Under the pieces are notes generated by a model. That model ran no database searches and was not told where the DNA came from. It saw nothing but the letters and a program-made list of their open reading frames with translations. The translations under genes were made by a program, and so were the position numbers. From a virus (lineage: Duplodnaviria; Caudoviricetes): a stretch of DNA of 27,761 bases. Shown here piece after piece: positions 13,662-23,049 of the stretch; within the stretch, counting starts at the first letter, position 1, and the number at the start of each line of letters is the position of its first letter. The stretch spans positions 1 through 27,761 of the IMG/VR virus record IMGVR_UViG_3300005512_000264. The stretch is one strand, 5' to 3'.

Positions 13662-15169
13662 TGGGAATGTTTGACATTTTCCGCCGGAAGCCGAAGCCGA
13701 TCAAAAAGCGCGGATTCGATGGCGCTTCGACCGGGCGGCTGTTTTCTGATTTTGTGACTTCGCAACGCTCGGCGGACTCCGAGCTGCGTTATTCACTCAA
13801 AACGCTGCGAAACCGCTGTCGGGAGCTGGCGCGCAATAACGAATATGCGCGGCGGTATTTGCATCTAGTAAAAACCAACGTCGTCGGCGAACGCGGCGCG
13901 ACGCTTCAGGTCAAGGCAACCAATGTCGACGGCAGCCTGGACACGATCGGCAACTCGATCATTGAGCAGGAGTGGGCGCGCTGGACGCGCGTCGGAAATT
14001 GCACTGTCGACGGGCGTCTGTCATTTACCGACGCTCAGGCGATGGTCGCGGAGTCTATGGCGCGCGACGGCGAGGCACTGGTGCGCTTTGTCAATTATGA
14101 CGGCAACCAGGACCGATTCGCTCTCGAATTCCTCGAGCCTGATTTGATCGACGAGGAGAAAAACGAGCGCGCGCCAAATGGTAACGAGATCAGAATGGGC
14201 GTCGAGTTCGATCAATACCGGCGCCCGGTCGCTTATCACATGATGACCGAGCACCCTGGCGACTACCAATTCCACCAGTATGATCGCCGCACTCAGCGGG
14301 TCGAAGCGGATAGCATCCTTCATTTGTATATGCCAGACAGAGCCCAGCAAACGCGCGGGGTTCCCTGGATGTCGACGGCGCTGACATCGCTGAAAATGCT
14401 GCATGGCTATCGCGAGGCGGAGCTGGTTGCCGCCAGGACAGCGGCGAGCAAGATGGGCTTTTTCATCTCGCGCTCTGGCGATGGGTTTATGGGTGACGAT
14501 CTCGAGGACAATGTGGTCCCGATCACTGACGCGGAGCCCGGCACGTTTTTCCAGCTCCCCAGAGATGTCGAATTCCAGCCCTGGGACCCATCGCATCCGA
14601 CGACCGCGTTCGGCGATTTTGAAAAGTCGATTCTGCGCGGCATCGCGTCCGGGCTGGGGGTTTCATATCATTCTCTGGCGAATGATTTGACGCAAACCAG
14701 CTACTCCAGCATCCGCCAGGGTAGCATCGAGGACCGCGATTTTTACAAAACGATCCAGAGCTATATGATCGCGCATTTTGTCATGCCGGTTTATCAGCGA
14801 TGGCTGACCAATGCTTTCACGATTGGGCGGGTGAATCTGCCCATCGATAAGTTCGACAAGTTTTATGATGCTTCGCAGTTCCGACCGCGCGGCTTCCAAT
14901 GGGTCGATCCGCAAAAAGAGATTTCCGCCCATGTTGTCGCACTGACAAACGGGCTGATCTCAATGCAGGATGTCGCGAACATTTACGGGCGCGATGTCGA
15001 GGAAGTATTCGCGCAGATTGCCAGAGACAAACAGCTCGCCGAACAGTTCGGCCTGAAGCTGGCATTCGAGCCGTTTGGCGGCGGCCAATCGCCATACGGA
15101 CCCGGCAAGATCAACTTAATGACCGGCGAATCGTTTGACGCGATGACGGAGGAGCCCGATGGCGACTGA
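13661..15169 (+). CDS. Portal protein, lambda family
   Basis: LRNRCRELARNN, DGEAL, QTRGVPW, SYSSIRQG, WVDPQKE. Confidence 0.95.
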   Translation: MGMFDIFRRKPKPIKKRGFDGASTGRLFSDFVTSQRSADSELRYSLKTLRNRCRELARNNEYARRYLHLVKTNVVGERGATLQVKATNVDGSLDTIGNSIIEQEWARWTRVGNCTVDGRLSFTDAQAMVAESMARDGEALVRFVNYDGNQDRFALEFLEPDLIDEEKNERAPNGNEIRMGVEFDQYRRPVAYHMMTEHPGDYQFHQYDRRTQRVEADSILHLYMPDRAQQTRGVPWMSTALTSLKMLHGYREAELVAARTAASKMGFFISRSGDGFMGDDLEDNVVPITDAEPGTFFQLPRDVEFQPWDPSHPTTAFGDFEKSILRGIASGLGVSYHSLANDLTQTSYSSIRQGSIEDRDFYKTIQSYMIAHFVMPVYQRWLTNAFTIGRVNLPIDKFDKFYDASQFRPRGFQWVDPQKEISAHVVALTNGLISMQDVANIYGRDVEEVFAQIARDKQLAEQFGLKLAFEPFGGGQSPYGPGKINLMTGESFDAMTEEPDGD

Positions 15170-17849
15170 CTTTCCGAAGAAAGGCGACGACCAGAAGATA
15201 TCGCTTCGCAATTCCGAATATCCGCAATTCGACCGTGAATTCGCGGAGAACATCAAGGAATTCAACTCCGAGGTTTGGGCGCTCGGCGGGAATGTCCGGG
15301 GCAATGATGCGTTCCGGCTGTGGGGAAGCGCGCGCGATGGCGATGAGGCTGGCTCGGTGTTGGACTGGATCAAAGAGCGGGAAGCCTGGGCCGCGCGTCA
15401 TTTTGAGGATGGCGCCCATCTATCGAGCGAGGAGCCGAACAAAAGCAATATCGCCGGCGTCGTCGCTCAAATGAAATGGGGTGTCATTGGCACCCTGGGC
15501 GAGCAAGGCATGAAGGACGCGATTCTCGAGCTGATCAAAAAGCTGGAAGGCAAGAAAGAGGACCGCCAGCTCTCCGATCAGGTCGAGACCGCACTCGAGA
15601 ATAAGCGCGACGAGCACAACGAGGAGGTGGGCGACGATCCGCTCCGCCGCGTTACGCTTGCCATGTTGCGCGAAGTAATGGAGCGCGGGATCGGCGCGTA
15701 TAAGACAAACCCCGGCTCGGTTCGCCCTGGCGTGAGCTCCCCGGAACAGTGGGGATATGCCAGGGTTAATTCGTTTTTGTTTGCAATGAAGAACGACCGA
15801 TTCCAGGGCGGCAAACATGACACCGACTTATTCCCCGACGGTCATCCGCTGGCGTCAGATGATGAAAGCGAGAAAGCGGCGGAGTATACTGGCAAGATGG
15901 AAGAATCAGGAGATCGCGCAGTGGAACAGCGACATATCAAAAACGTCGTCGAGACCGACGACGAGATCATCATCACATTCGGGAAATCTATGCCCGAGGA
16001 GGAAGCGGCGGACGAGCCTGATATCGTGGAGGCCGTCGACGATTACGACGAGGAGCGCCTCTCGAAATCCGAGGTATTTCATCGGATGGAACACGCCGAG
16101 GTCGAGGAGAAAGACGACCGGCGCGTTCAAATGTCCGTCTCGAGCGAGCAGGAAGTCGAGCGATCATTCGGTCGCGAGCTGATTGTTCACACCGAGGAAA
16201 CGCTCGACCTTAAATTTTTACGATCCGGCAGCGCGCCGCTGCTATTAGATCACGACCCCGAACGACAAATCGGGGTCATTGAATCCGTAAATCTCGACGG
16301 ATCGGCCCGGCGTCTCCGGGCGACGGTGCGCTTTGGAAAGGGTGCGCTTGCTGACGAGGTTTATCAGGATGTGCTCGACGGCATTCGCTCGAATGTCTCG
16401 ATCGGGTACAAAGTTCGGCGAATGGAAAGGGACAAGGACGAACAGGATTTGTTCCGAGTAATCGATGCCGAAATCATGGAGGTCTCTATCGTTTCACTTC
16501 CCGCCGACCCGTCGGTCGGTGTGGGGCGTTCGGTCGAGGTATCCGACACCGCTACCATTAAACCCATCGAAAAGGAGGTTCCTATCATGGAACAAGAAAA
16601 CCAAATCGATTTGGATCAGGTACGCGCGGAAGCCGCTGCCGAACGATCCAAGGAAGTAAACGAAATGCTCGGCCTGGCCGCCAAGCACAATCAGCGTTCA
16701 TTCGCTGACGACGCTATCCGCCAGGGCATGACATTGGCGCAGTTCCGGGGCGCTTTGTTGGACAAGATTGCCGACAAGCCGCTGGACGTCGCTGACGTTG
16801 AGCTGACACCAAAAGAGGAGCGACAATATAGCTTGATCAACGCAATCCGATCAGCGCAGACAGGCCGATTTGACGGCTTCGAGCGTGAGGTATCGGAGGA
16901 GCTTGCCAAGCGATATGGCAAGGAGCCGCGCGGTTTCTACGTTCCTTCCAGCATCTTCAAGCGGGATTTGACGGTCGGCACCAACGCCGCCGGCGGATTT
17001 TTGAAGCCAACCGACCACCTTGGCGGTGAGTTCATCGACGCGCTTCGCGCGAACCTGGTGATCTCTAGCCTGGGCGCTCGCATGATGCAAGGACTGAAGG
17101 GCGACGTCGCCATTCCTGCACTGAATGCCAAGACCTCAGTCGGCTTTGTCGCTGAGAACGCGGCGCCCGGTGCTGAAGGCGCTCCGACTTTCCGACAGGT
17201 AACGATGTCACCCAAGACTCTGGTTCAGTACGTTGATATCTCTCGCAAGCTGTCAATGCAATCTGATCCCAGCGTCGAGCAGGTGATCCGCGACGATCTG
17301 ACCCGCCAATTCGCGGCGAAGATTGACGAAGTGGCAATCGAGGGCGGCGGTTCTAACGAGCCGGAAGGCATCACCCAGACCAGCGGCATCGGTTCCGTTG
17401 TAATGGGCAACAACGGCGGTGCGGTTACTTACGCCAAGCTGGTCGACCTCGAGAAGGAAGTCGCCATCGACAACGCGCTGGCTGGAAATCTGGCATACCT
17501 CACCAACCCGAAAGTGGTCGGTGCTATGCGTCAGACTCCGCGCCAGGCGAGCGGTGTTGAGGGTAACTTCATCCTGAACGACAGCAACACCCTGCTGGGT
17601 TACAACGTAGCAAGCTCGACGCTTGTTCCTTCGGATTTGACCAAAGGAACCAGCTCTGGTGTTTGCTCGGCTATAATCTTCGGAAACTTCAATGACCTGA
17701 TGATCGGCATGTTCGGCGGTCTCGATGTGCTGGTTGATCCCTACACCGGATCAGCTACCGGCGCGACCCGAATCGCGATGTATCAGGACATTGATGTCGC
17801 TGTCCGTCATGCGGAATCGTTCGCTGCGATTCTGGACGTCACGACTTAA
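15159..17849 (+). CDS. Fusion of N-terminal accessory domains, HK97-type prohead protease and major capsid protein
   Basis: Protease motifs LLLDHD, NVSIGY, EVSIVSLPADPSVGVGRS. HK97-fold capsid motifs GGFLKPTD, GNFNDLMIG, DVAVRHAESF. Confidence 0.93.
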   Translation: MATDFPKKGDDQKISLRNSEYPQFDREFAENIKEFNSEVWALGGNVRGNDAFRLWGSARDGDEAGSVLDWIKEREAWAARHFEDGAHLSSEEPNKSNIAGVVAQMKWGVIGTLGEQGMKDAILELIKKLEGKKEDRQLSDQVETALENKRDEHNEEVGDDPLRRVTLAMLREVMERGIGAYKTNPGSVRPGVSSPEQWGYARVNSFLFAMKNDRFQGGKHDTDLFPDGHPLASDDESEKAAEYTGKMEESGDRAVEQRHIKNVVETDDEIIITFGKSMPEEEAADEPDIVEAVDDYDEERLSKSEVFHRMEHAEVEEKDDRRVQMSVSSEQEVERSFGRELIVHTEETLDLKFLRSGSAPLLLDHDPERQIGVIESVNLDGSARRLRATVRFGKGALADEVYQDVLDGIRSNVSIGYKVRRMERDKDEQDLFRVIDAEIMEVSIVSLPADPSVGVGRSVEVSDTATIKPIEKEVPIMEQENQIDLDQVRAEAAAERSKEVNEMLGLAAKHNQRSFADDAIRQGMTLAQFRGALLDKIADKPLDVADVELTPKEERQYSLINAIRSAQTGRFDGFEREVSEELAKRYGKEPRGFYVPSSIFKRDLTVGTNAAGGFLKPTDHLGGEFIDALRANLVISSLGARMMQGLKGDVAIPALNAKTSVGFVAENAAPGAEGAPTFRQVTMSPKTLVQYVDISRKLSMQSDPSVEQVIRDDLTRQFAAKIDEVAIEGGGSNEPEGITQTSGIGSVVMGNNGGAVTYAKLVDLEKEVAIDNALAGNLAYLTNPKVVGAMRQTPRQASGVEGNFILNDSNTLLGYNVASSTLVPSDLTKGTSSGVCSAIIFGNFNDLMIGMFGGLDVLVDPYTGSATGATRIAMYQDIDVAVRHAESFAAILDVTT
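16587..17849 (+). CDS. Major capsid protein from nested in-frame start (420 aa)
   Basis: AAGGAGGT at 16572-16579, 7 nt before in-frame ATG 16587, at the protease/capsid boundary. Confidence 0.7.
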   Translation: MEQENQIDLDQVRAEAAAERSKEVNEMLGLAAKHNQRSFADDAIRQGMTLAQFRGALLDKIADKPLDVADVELTPKEERQYSLINAIRSAQTGRFDGFEREVSEELAKRYGKEPRGFYVPSSIFKRDLTVGTNAAGGFLKPTDHLGGEFIDALRANLVISSLGARMMQGLKGDVAIPALNAKTSVGFVAENAAPGAEGAPTFRQVTMSPKTLVQYVDISRKLSMQSDPSVEQVIRDDLTRQFAAKIDEVAIEGGGSNEPEGITQTSGIGSVVMGNNGGAVTYAKLVDLEKEVAIDNALAGNLAYLTNPKVVGAMRQTPRQASGVEGNFILNDSNTLLGYNVASSTLVPSDLTKGTSSGVCSAIIFGNFNDLMIGMFGGLDVLVDPYTGSATGATRIAMYQDIDVAVRHAESFAAILDVTT

Positions 17850-17859
17850 TAGTCGAAAC

Positions 17860-17887
17860 GGCGCCCTTCGGGGCGCCTTTATTTTTT
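17860..17887 (+). terminator. Intrinsic terminator after capsid gene
   Basis: GGCGCCC-TTCG-GGGCGCC followed by TTTATTTTTT. Confidence 0.9.
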
Positions 17888-17898
17888 GAGGTCATAAC

Positions 17899-18096
17899 AT
17901 GAAAGTGAAGCTCGTTAGTTCAATCGCCTGGAAGGGCGAGCACCAGGAGGCCGGCAGGGCGCTCGAAGTAAGCGACGCCGATGCTCACTGGCTGATATCT
18001 CGCGGTCGGGCGGTAGCCTGGACCGAGGCAAATGAAGTCGACGCGGATACCCGCGCAGCAAAGCCGAAAGCAACCAGGAAAAAGGCGGCGAAGTAA
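17899..18096 (+). CDS. Small virion-associated protein with Lys-rich tail
   Basis: GAGGT SD. Post-capsid position. DAHWLISRGRA motif typical of this slot. Confidence 0.8.
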   Translation: MKVKLVSSIAWKGEHQEAGRALEVSDADAHWLISRGRAVAWTEANEVDADTRAAKPKATRKKAAK

Positions 18097-18408
18097 GTGG
18101 CCGTTGAGACAGACACCGAGCGCGCGGTATTTTTCGATTCCGATGATTTCGCCGTGTCTGCAACTTATACCCCGGCGGGGGGAGCTGCGACGACGATCTC
18201 CGGCATATTTGACGACGCATTCGAGCCGGTAGAGGCCGGCGGATTTGTCCCGGTTGCATCAAGCGCGCCCATTTTCCAGTGCAAAACCAGCGATGTCGCA
18301 TCGGCGGCGGAAGGTGATGCGCTGACAGTAAACGCGACAAGCTATCTGATCCGGGTCGTAATGGACGACGGGACCGGCGTTACGATGCTCCAGCTCGAGA
18401 AACAGTAA
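18097..18408 (+). CDS. Head-tail joining/closure protein (gpFII-like)
   Basis: FFDSDDFAV...ISGIFD...GDAL...DDGTGVTMLQL and position in the neck block. Confidence 0.82.
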   Translation: MAVETDTERAVFFDSDDFAVSATYTPAGGAATTISGIFDDAFEPVEAGGFVPVASSAPIFQCKTSDVASAAEGDALTVNATSYLIRVVMDDGTGVTMLQLEKQ

Positions 18409-18852
18409 ATGGCTCACGTTCGCAAACAAATCCGCGACAATGTAGTGACGGCGCTGACCGGGCTGACGACAACCGGGAGCAATGTGTTCCGCTCCAGGGT
18501 TTACCCTATGGAGACCAGCAAGCTCCCCGGCCTGGCGATTTATACCGATTCCGAGGAGATCGCGCCGCAGACAATCAACCCCCCCAGGACCCAACTGCGA
18601 ACGCTGACGGTTACTGTCGATTGTTATGTCAAGGGGGTCTCGAATTTTGACAACGATCTCGATACAATCAGCGAGGAAGTCGAGGAGGCACTCGCGGCGG
18701 ATTTAACTCGAGGCGGACTCGCGAAAGATACGCGGGTCTCTAGTTTTCAGGCCGATTTTTCCGGCGAAGGTGAGCAACCTATCGCGACCGGGAAAATCAG
18801 CATCGAGGTCGATTATGTGACCGTCGAAAACGCGGTCGGTACTGCCGCATAA
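18409..18852 (+). CDS. Tail terminator protein (gpU-like)
   Basis: HVRKQIRD...VFRSR...LPGLAIYT...LDTISEEVEEAL, upstream of tail tube. Confidence 0.8.
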   Translation: MAHVRKQIRDNVVTALTGLTTTGSNVFRSRVYPMETSKLPGLAIYTDSEEIAPQTINPPRTQLRTLTVTVDCYVKGVSNFDNDLDTISEEVEEALAADLTRGGLAKDTRVSSFQADFSGEGEQPIATGKISIEVDYVTVENAVGTAA

Positions 18853-18865
18853 AGGAGAGCAAGAC

Positions 18866-19036
18866 ATGGCGAAACGAATTCAGGTGTGGCCGCCTAAAGG
18901 TGGCGACCCGATAACGGTTTATGAAGTCGATGCGGGTCGGCTCATAATGAACGGCTGGACAACTGAGCCGGCCAGCAAACCAAAGGCAAAATCGAAAGAT
19001 CGAGCCGCAACACCGAAAGCCGAGGAGGCAAACTAA
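18866..19036 (+). CDS. Small hypothetical protein (56 aa, not in ORF track)
   Basis: SD AAGGAG. MAKRIQVWPPKGGDPITVYEVDAGRLIMNGWTTEPASKPKAKSKDRAATPKAEEAN. Stop abuts the next ATG. Confidence 0.8.
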   Translation: MAKRIQVWPPKGGDPITVYEVDAGRLIMNGWTTEPASKPKAKSKDRAATPKAEEAN

Positions 19037-19429
19037 ATGGCAACACTAACGGGCAACAGCGGGACCGTTAAAGTCGGAGCCAACGCGATTGCGGAGATCC
19101 GATCTTTTAGCGTAGACGAGACAATGGACACCATCGAGTCGACTTCAATGGGCGACACTTATCGCACATTTGAAACATCGCTCAAAAGCTGGAGTGGTTC
19201 CGTCGATGTATTTTTCGACGATACCGACACCAGCGGCCAGGGCGCTCTCACCGTGGGGAGTGAGGTCACTGTAAACTTTCAGATCGAAGGATCGACAGCT
19301 GGCGATCACTTGCTGTCTGGTGCGGCGATTGTTACTGGTCGCACGATCAACAGCTCATTCGATGGCCTGGTCGAGGCATCCTTGTCTCTCCAGGGCGACG
19401 GTGCATTGACTGAAGGCACAGTGCAATAA
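19037..19429 (+). CDS. Major tail tube protein
   Basis: IAEIRSFSVD...LKSWSGS...SLSLQGDGAL. SD GAGGAGG. Precedes the chaperones and tape measure. Confidence 0.88.
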   Translation: MATLTGNSGTVKVGANAIAEIRSFSVDETMDTIESTSMGDTYRTFETSLKSWSGSVDVFFDDTDTSGQGALTVGSEVTVNFQIEGSTAGDHLLSGAAIVTGRTINSSFDGLVEASLSLQGDGALTEGTVQ

Positions 19430-19785
19430 TGGCCGCCAAGGGTGAAAAGTCTCGCGTCATATCGCGCGCGACCGATCATTTCAAGGCAAAGCCATTAAAG
19501 CGCATCGAAGTCGAGGAATGGGGTGACGAGGACGGGCCGCTGGTCGCGTACTCGTCGCCCTTTACCTTGCGCGACCAGGGGCGACTCCAGCATTTGACGG
19601 AGAAGCAATCCCACGCGGACACCCTGGCCGAATTGTTGATTATGAAATTGGTCGACGAGAACGGCGATAAGATCTTCACAATCGAAGATAAGCGCGCACT
19701 CCGAGAGGATGTTGACGCAACTATCGTCGCCAGAATCGCGAACAAAATCATGTCTACCGATGCTGAGGCGCTTGAGGGAAACTAA
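19429..19785 (+). CDS. Tail assembly chaperone (gpG-like)
   Basis: Between tube and tape measure genes. Ends in slippery G GGA AAC TAA. Confidence 0.85.
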   Translation: MAAKGEKSRVISRATDHFKAKPLKRIEVEEWGDEDGPLVAYSSPFTLRDQGRLQHLTEKQSHADTLAELLIMKLVDENGDKIFTIEDKRALREDVDATIVARIANKIMSTDAEALEGN

Positions 19786-19991
19786 AGGAATCGGCCGACA
19801 GGCGATTTCGTTTTGTGCTGGCTGAGAAACTGGGCAAGACCGTCGCCCAGCTCGAGGCCGAAATGTCGGTCGAGGAGTTCATCGAATGGTCAATTTTCTT
19901 TCAGCTACAAGCGGAAGAAACTGAAAAGCAAAGAAAAGAGGCGATGAATGGCGGCAAATCAGGTCATAAAGGTCATATTCGAGGGCGTTGA
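19779..19991 (+). CDS. Tail assembly chaperone -1 frameshift extension (gpT-like)
   Basis: -1 frame reads KLKESADRRFRFVLAEKLGKTVAQLEAEMSVEEFIEW...GR* after heptamer GGGAAAC (19776-19782). Confidence 0.85.
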   Translation, partial: KLKESADRRFRFVLAEKLGKTVAQLEAEMSVEEFIEWSIFFQLQAEETEKQRKEAMNGGKSGHKGHIRGR

Positions 19992-22900
19992 TCAGACCTC
20001 GAAAGCCGTCAAGAATGTCAAAAAGGGATTGGGCGATACCGATAAGGCTATCGGCAATCTAAAACGCTCACTCGGCGGAATGACCGGGGCGCTGGCCGCA
20101 GCAGCCGGCGCCGCCGGTTTCGGTCTCATGGCGCGCAATGCGCTCCAGACTGCCGATGCTCTCGGCAAGACATCACAAAAGCTCGGCGTTACTTCGAGCG
20201 AGCTTTTCAAATTCCAGACTCAGGCCGAGCTTGCCGGTATCTCCACCGATACGGCAAACATGGCACTCCAGCGATTTGTCCGCAGGACAGCGGAAGCCGC
20301 CCAGGGGACGGGCGAGGCGAAAAATGCCCTTATCGAGCTGGGGATTAGCGCCGAAGATATCCAGAAGCTGCCACTATCCGAAAGGATGAAGGTTCTCGCG
20401 GACGCATTCAAAGGGGTCAAAAACCCGGCGGATCGTTTGCGTTTGGCGTTCAAGCTATTCGATAGCGAAGGCGCCTCGATGGTCAATATGCTCGAGGGCG
20501 GCAGCGAATCGCTGGAAGAAACCGAGCGCCGAATGAAGGAGCTCGGCCTCGAGATCGACGACACTGCTGTCCCGGCGATTGAAGAATTCAACGATACGAT
20601 GGAGCTGATGAAGCGCCAGGTCCAGGTCGCGATGATTCAAGGGCTCGGCGAGGCGACCCCGGTGTTGCAGGAGCTATCAGAAAAGCTCGCGCCGGTGATT
20701 GTTCAGATCACCGAGGGATTGCTGACCGGCCTTCAGTGGATGCTCGACAACCTGGGGACGATCGTGACGGCGGTGAAGGCGTTTGCCGCAGCCTGGGCGG
20801 CGATAAAGTTCGCCGGGGTAGTCAGCGGTCTCGTTTCTTTAACGACCGCGCTCGCAGGGCTGGCCGTTGCAGCGGCACCGGCCGCGCTTCCGATTCTGGC
20901 AATCGGCGCGGCCATCGCGGCGGTGACTGTCGGGGTCGCGGCATTTACTGGCGACCTTCAAAAGATAGCGGAAAAATTCGGGCTCCTCGAGAAAAGTACC
21001 GAAGGCGCGGAAGTTCAGACCGATGAATTTGCCGGAGCGGTTGAAGAATTGCAAGAGATCGTCGTCACGGCCGAGCGGCGAGAGCTCCCGGCATTTGCTG
21101 ACGCGGTTGACCATGTTGCCGACGAGGAAATCGACGCAACATTGCGGACCAATGAGTTCCGCGTCGCGCTCGAGCAACTGCGCGAGAAAGCACTAAAACC
21201 GAAGAAAGACCTCGAGGATTACACCGCCCAGATGGCGATCCTCAAAAATCAGTTTGAAACCGGAAAGATCGGCATCGAAGAATACCGAGCGATGGTCAAG
21301 GTTTTGGCGAGCGACTTTACCGGCGTCGAAAGCGAGGTCGAGAAGATACGCCAAAAAATCAGCAACTTGAACGTGGTTCTCGCCGATTCGAAAGAGATAT
21401 TCGGCGAAAATTCGGACCAAGTTCGCGCCCTTGAGATGGAGCTGGAGTCTCTCGGTGGCGAGCTGGTCGAGGCGATACAAGCGACCTCGACAATGACTGA
21501 AAACCAACGGGAGTTACTCGAGGAAGCGACGGCGGTCGAGCGAAAGATTGCCGAGCTGAACCAAGATCTCGCGGACTATGACGCATTGCTGGCAAGCGGA
21601 GCCATTTCGGCGGATCAACACGCGCGAGCCGTGAAGGGCGTACGAGAGGAAATCACCGAGCTTAACGATTCCACGCTGACCGATTTCGAGCGCATGATAA
21701 AAGATTCATTCGACGCGACCCCGGTCGGTGAATTCCTGAACGAGATTGATGGCATTGTTGGCGGTTCTGGCGCGCTTGGAGGTCTGATCGATGAATTGCT
21801 CGGCGCCGGGGGCGTAAAACCCGCGATCGACAACTGTTTCGGCACGGCTCCGGTGACTGCGTTTGGCGATGCAGTTAAAGGTTTATTCGGGGGGAGCGGC
21901 TCGGCGCTGGGAGGATTTGGCGCCGCGCTTGGAAATCTGACCAATGCGCTGGGCGGTTTTTTCTCTGGCGCGCTGAGTAGTTTTTCCAGCTTCAAGGATG
22001 CGATCATCCGCACACTTGAGCAGATTGCCGCCGCCGCGATCGCGTCGGTTGGTCTTAGCTTTCTGAAAAACCTGATCCCAGGATTGCGCGATGGCGGCAT
22101 GGTTGAGGGATTTGCTACCGGCGGGAGAGTGAGCGGTCCGGGTGGGCCGACGGCGGATCGCGTCCCGGCTATGCTGTCCGACGGCGAATATGTTATTCGA
22201 GCAAGCTCGGTCAGCAAGTTCGGCTCATCTTTTTTTGATGCAATCAATTCCGGCAGAATGCCCGGCTTCGCATCGGGCGGACTATTTGGCGGCTTTTCTG
22301 GGTCGATTGATAACTTCGATTGGTTCGAGTTTTTCAGTCAGTATTTCGGAAACTTTGGACCGGCGGGAAATATCGAGGGAATCCAGAATGTGATCAAAAC
22401 GATCCTGGTCACGATGGAGACATTCCAGCAAGCAATCAAGGACGGCGTTACCGGGGCAATCGATGCGGTGACCGAGCAGATATTCGGCGGGACATCCGTT
22501 TTTGATGTTAGTTATGTGACGGAGATCGTCGATAAAATTCTCGAAGGTGTATTCGGCGGTCTGGTGGATATCGCACAAAGCGGAGAAGCACCGACAGACG
22601 GCAATATCTTCGACCGCATCCGAGAGGCCATTTTCAAGGGTGGCACATTCCCGAATGTGAGCGATGAATTTTCGGAACCATTTTCGCAGAGCATGATCGA
22701 CGAGCTGATTAAGATGATCACAAATCTCCAGAACATGATTTTGGATTTTAGCTTCGATGATCATGTAAAGACCTTATTCAACAAGGCCGACGCGGTGGCG
22801 GGTGGGTCTCTATATGTCCAGGGCCGACAGTTCGGTGGACCGCTCGAGCGCGGCCAGGCGTCGATAGTCGGAGAGGATGGTCCGGAGCTGTTTATCCCCG

Positions 22901-23049
22901 GTCGAGGCGGCACGGTTTCCCCAATCAATGACCGGGGCGGCAAGGACTTGATCAAGGCCGTGAATGAGGTGCGCGACGAGATCGTCGACCTTCGCAGGCA
23001 ATTCACCAGAATCGAATCGGGTCGTGCGCTGGCGGGTGGCCGACAATAA
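19948..23049 (+). CDS. Tail tape measure protein (1033 aa)
   Basis: Long Ala/Gly-rich helical protein with a hydrophobic segment, plus FATGG...VPAMLSDGEYV and VGEDGPELF motifs. Confidence 0.93.
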   Translation: MAANQVIKVIFEGVDQTSKAVKNVKKGLGDTDKAIGNLKRSLGGMTGALAAAAGAAGFGLMARNALQTADALGKTSQKLGVTSSELFKFQTQAELAGISTDTANMALQRFVRRTAEAAQGTGEAKNALIELGISAEDIQKLPLSERMKVLADAFKGVKNPADRLRLAFKLFDSEGASMVNMLEGGSESLEETERRMKELGLEIDDTAVPAIEEFNDTMELMKRQVQVAMIQGLGEATPVLQELSEKLAPVIVQITEGLLTGLQWMLDNLGTIVTAVKAFAAAWAAIKFAGVVSGLVSLTTALAGLAVAAAPAALPILAIGAAIAAVTVGVAAFTGDLQKIAEKFGLLEKSTEGAEVQTDEFAGAVEELQEIVVTAERRELPAFADAVDHVADEEIDATLRTNEFRVALEQLREKALKPKKDLEDYTAQMAILKNQFETGKIGIEEYRAMVKVLASDFTGVESEVEKIRQKISNLNVVLADSKEIFGENSDQVRALEMELESLGGELVEAIQATSTMTENQRELLEEATAVERKIAELNQDLADYDALLASGAISADQHARAVKGVREEITELNDSTLTDFERMIKDSFDATPVGEFLNEIDGIVGGSGALGGLIDELLGAGGVKPAIDNCFGTAPVTAFGDAVKGLFGGSGSALGGFGAALGNLTNALGGFFSGALSSFSSFKDAIIRTLEQIAAAAIASVGLSFLKNLIPGLRDGGMVEGFATGGRVSGPGGPTADRVPAMLSDGEYVIRASSVSKFGSSFFDAINSGRMPGFASGGLFGGFSGSIDNFDWFEFFSQYFGNFGPAGNIEGIQNVIKTILVTMETFQQAIKDGVTGAIDAVTEQIFGGTSVFDVSYVTEIVDKILEGVFGGLVDIAQSGEAPTDGNIFDRIREAIFKGGTFPNVSDEFSEPFSQSMIDELIKMITNLQNMILDFSFDDHVKTLFNKADAVAGGSLYVQGRQFGGPLERGQASIVGEDGPELFIPGRGGTVSPINDRGGKDLIKAVNEVRDEIVDLRRQFTRIESGRALAGGRQ

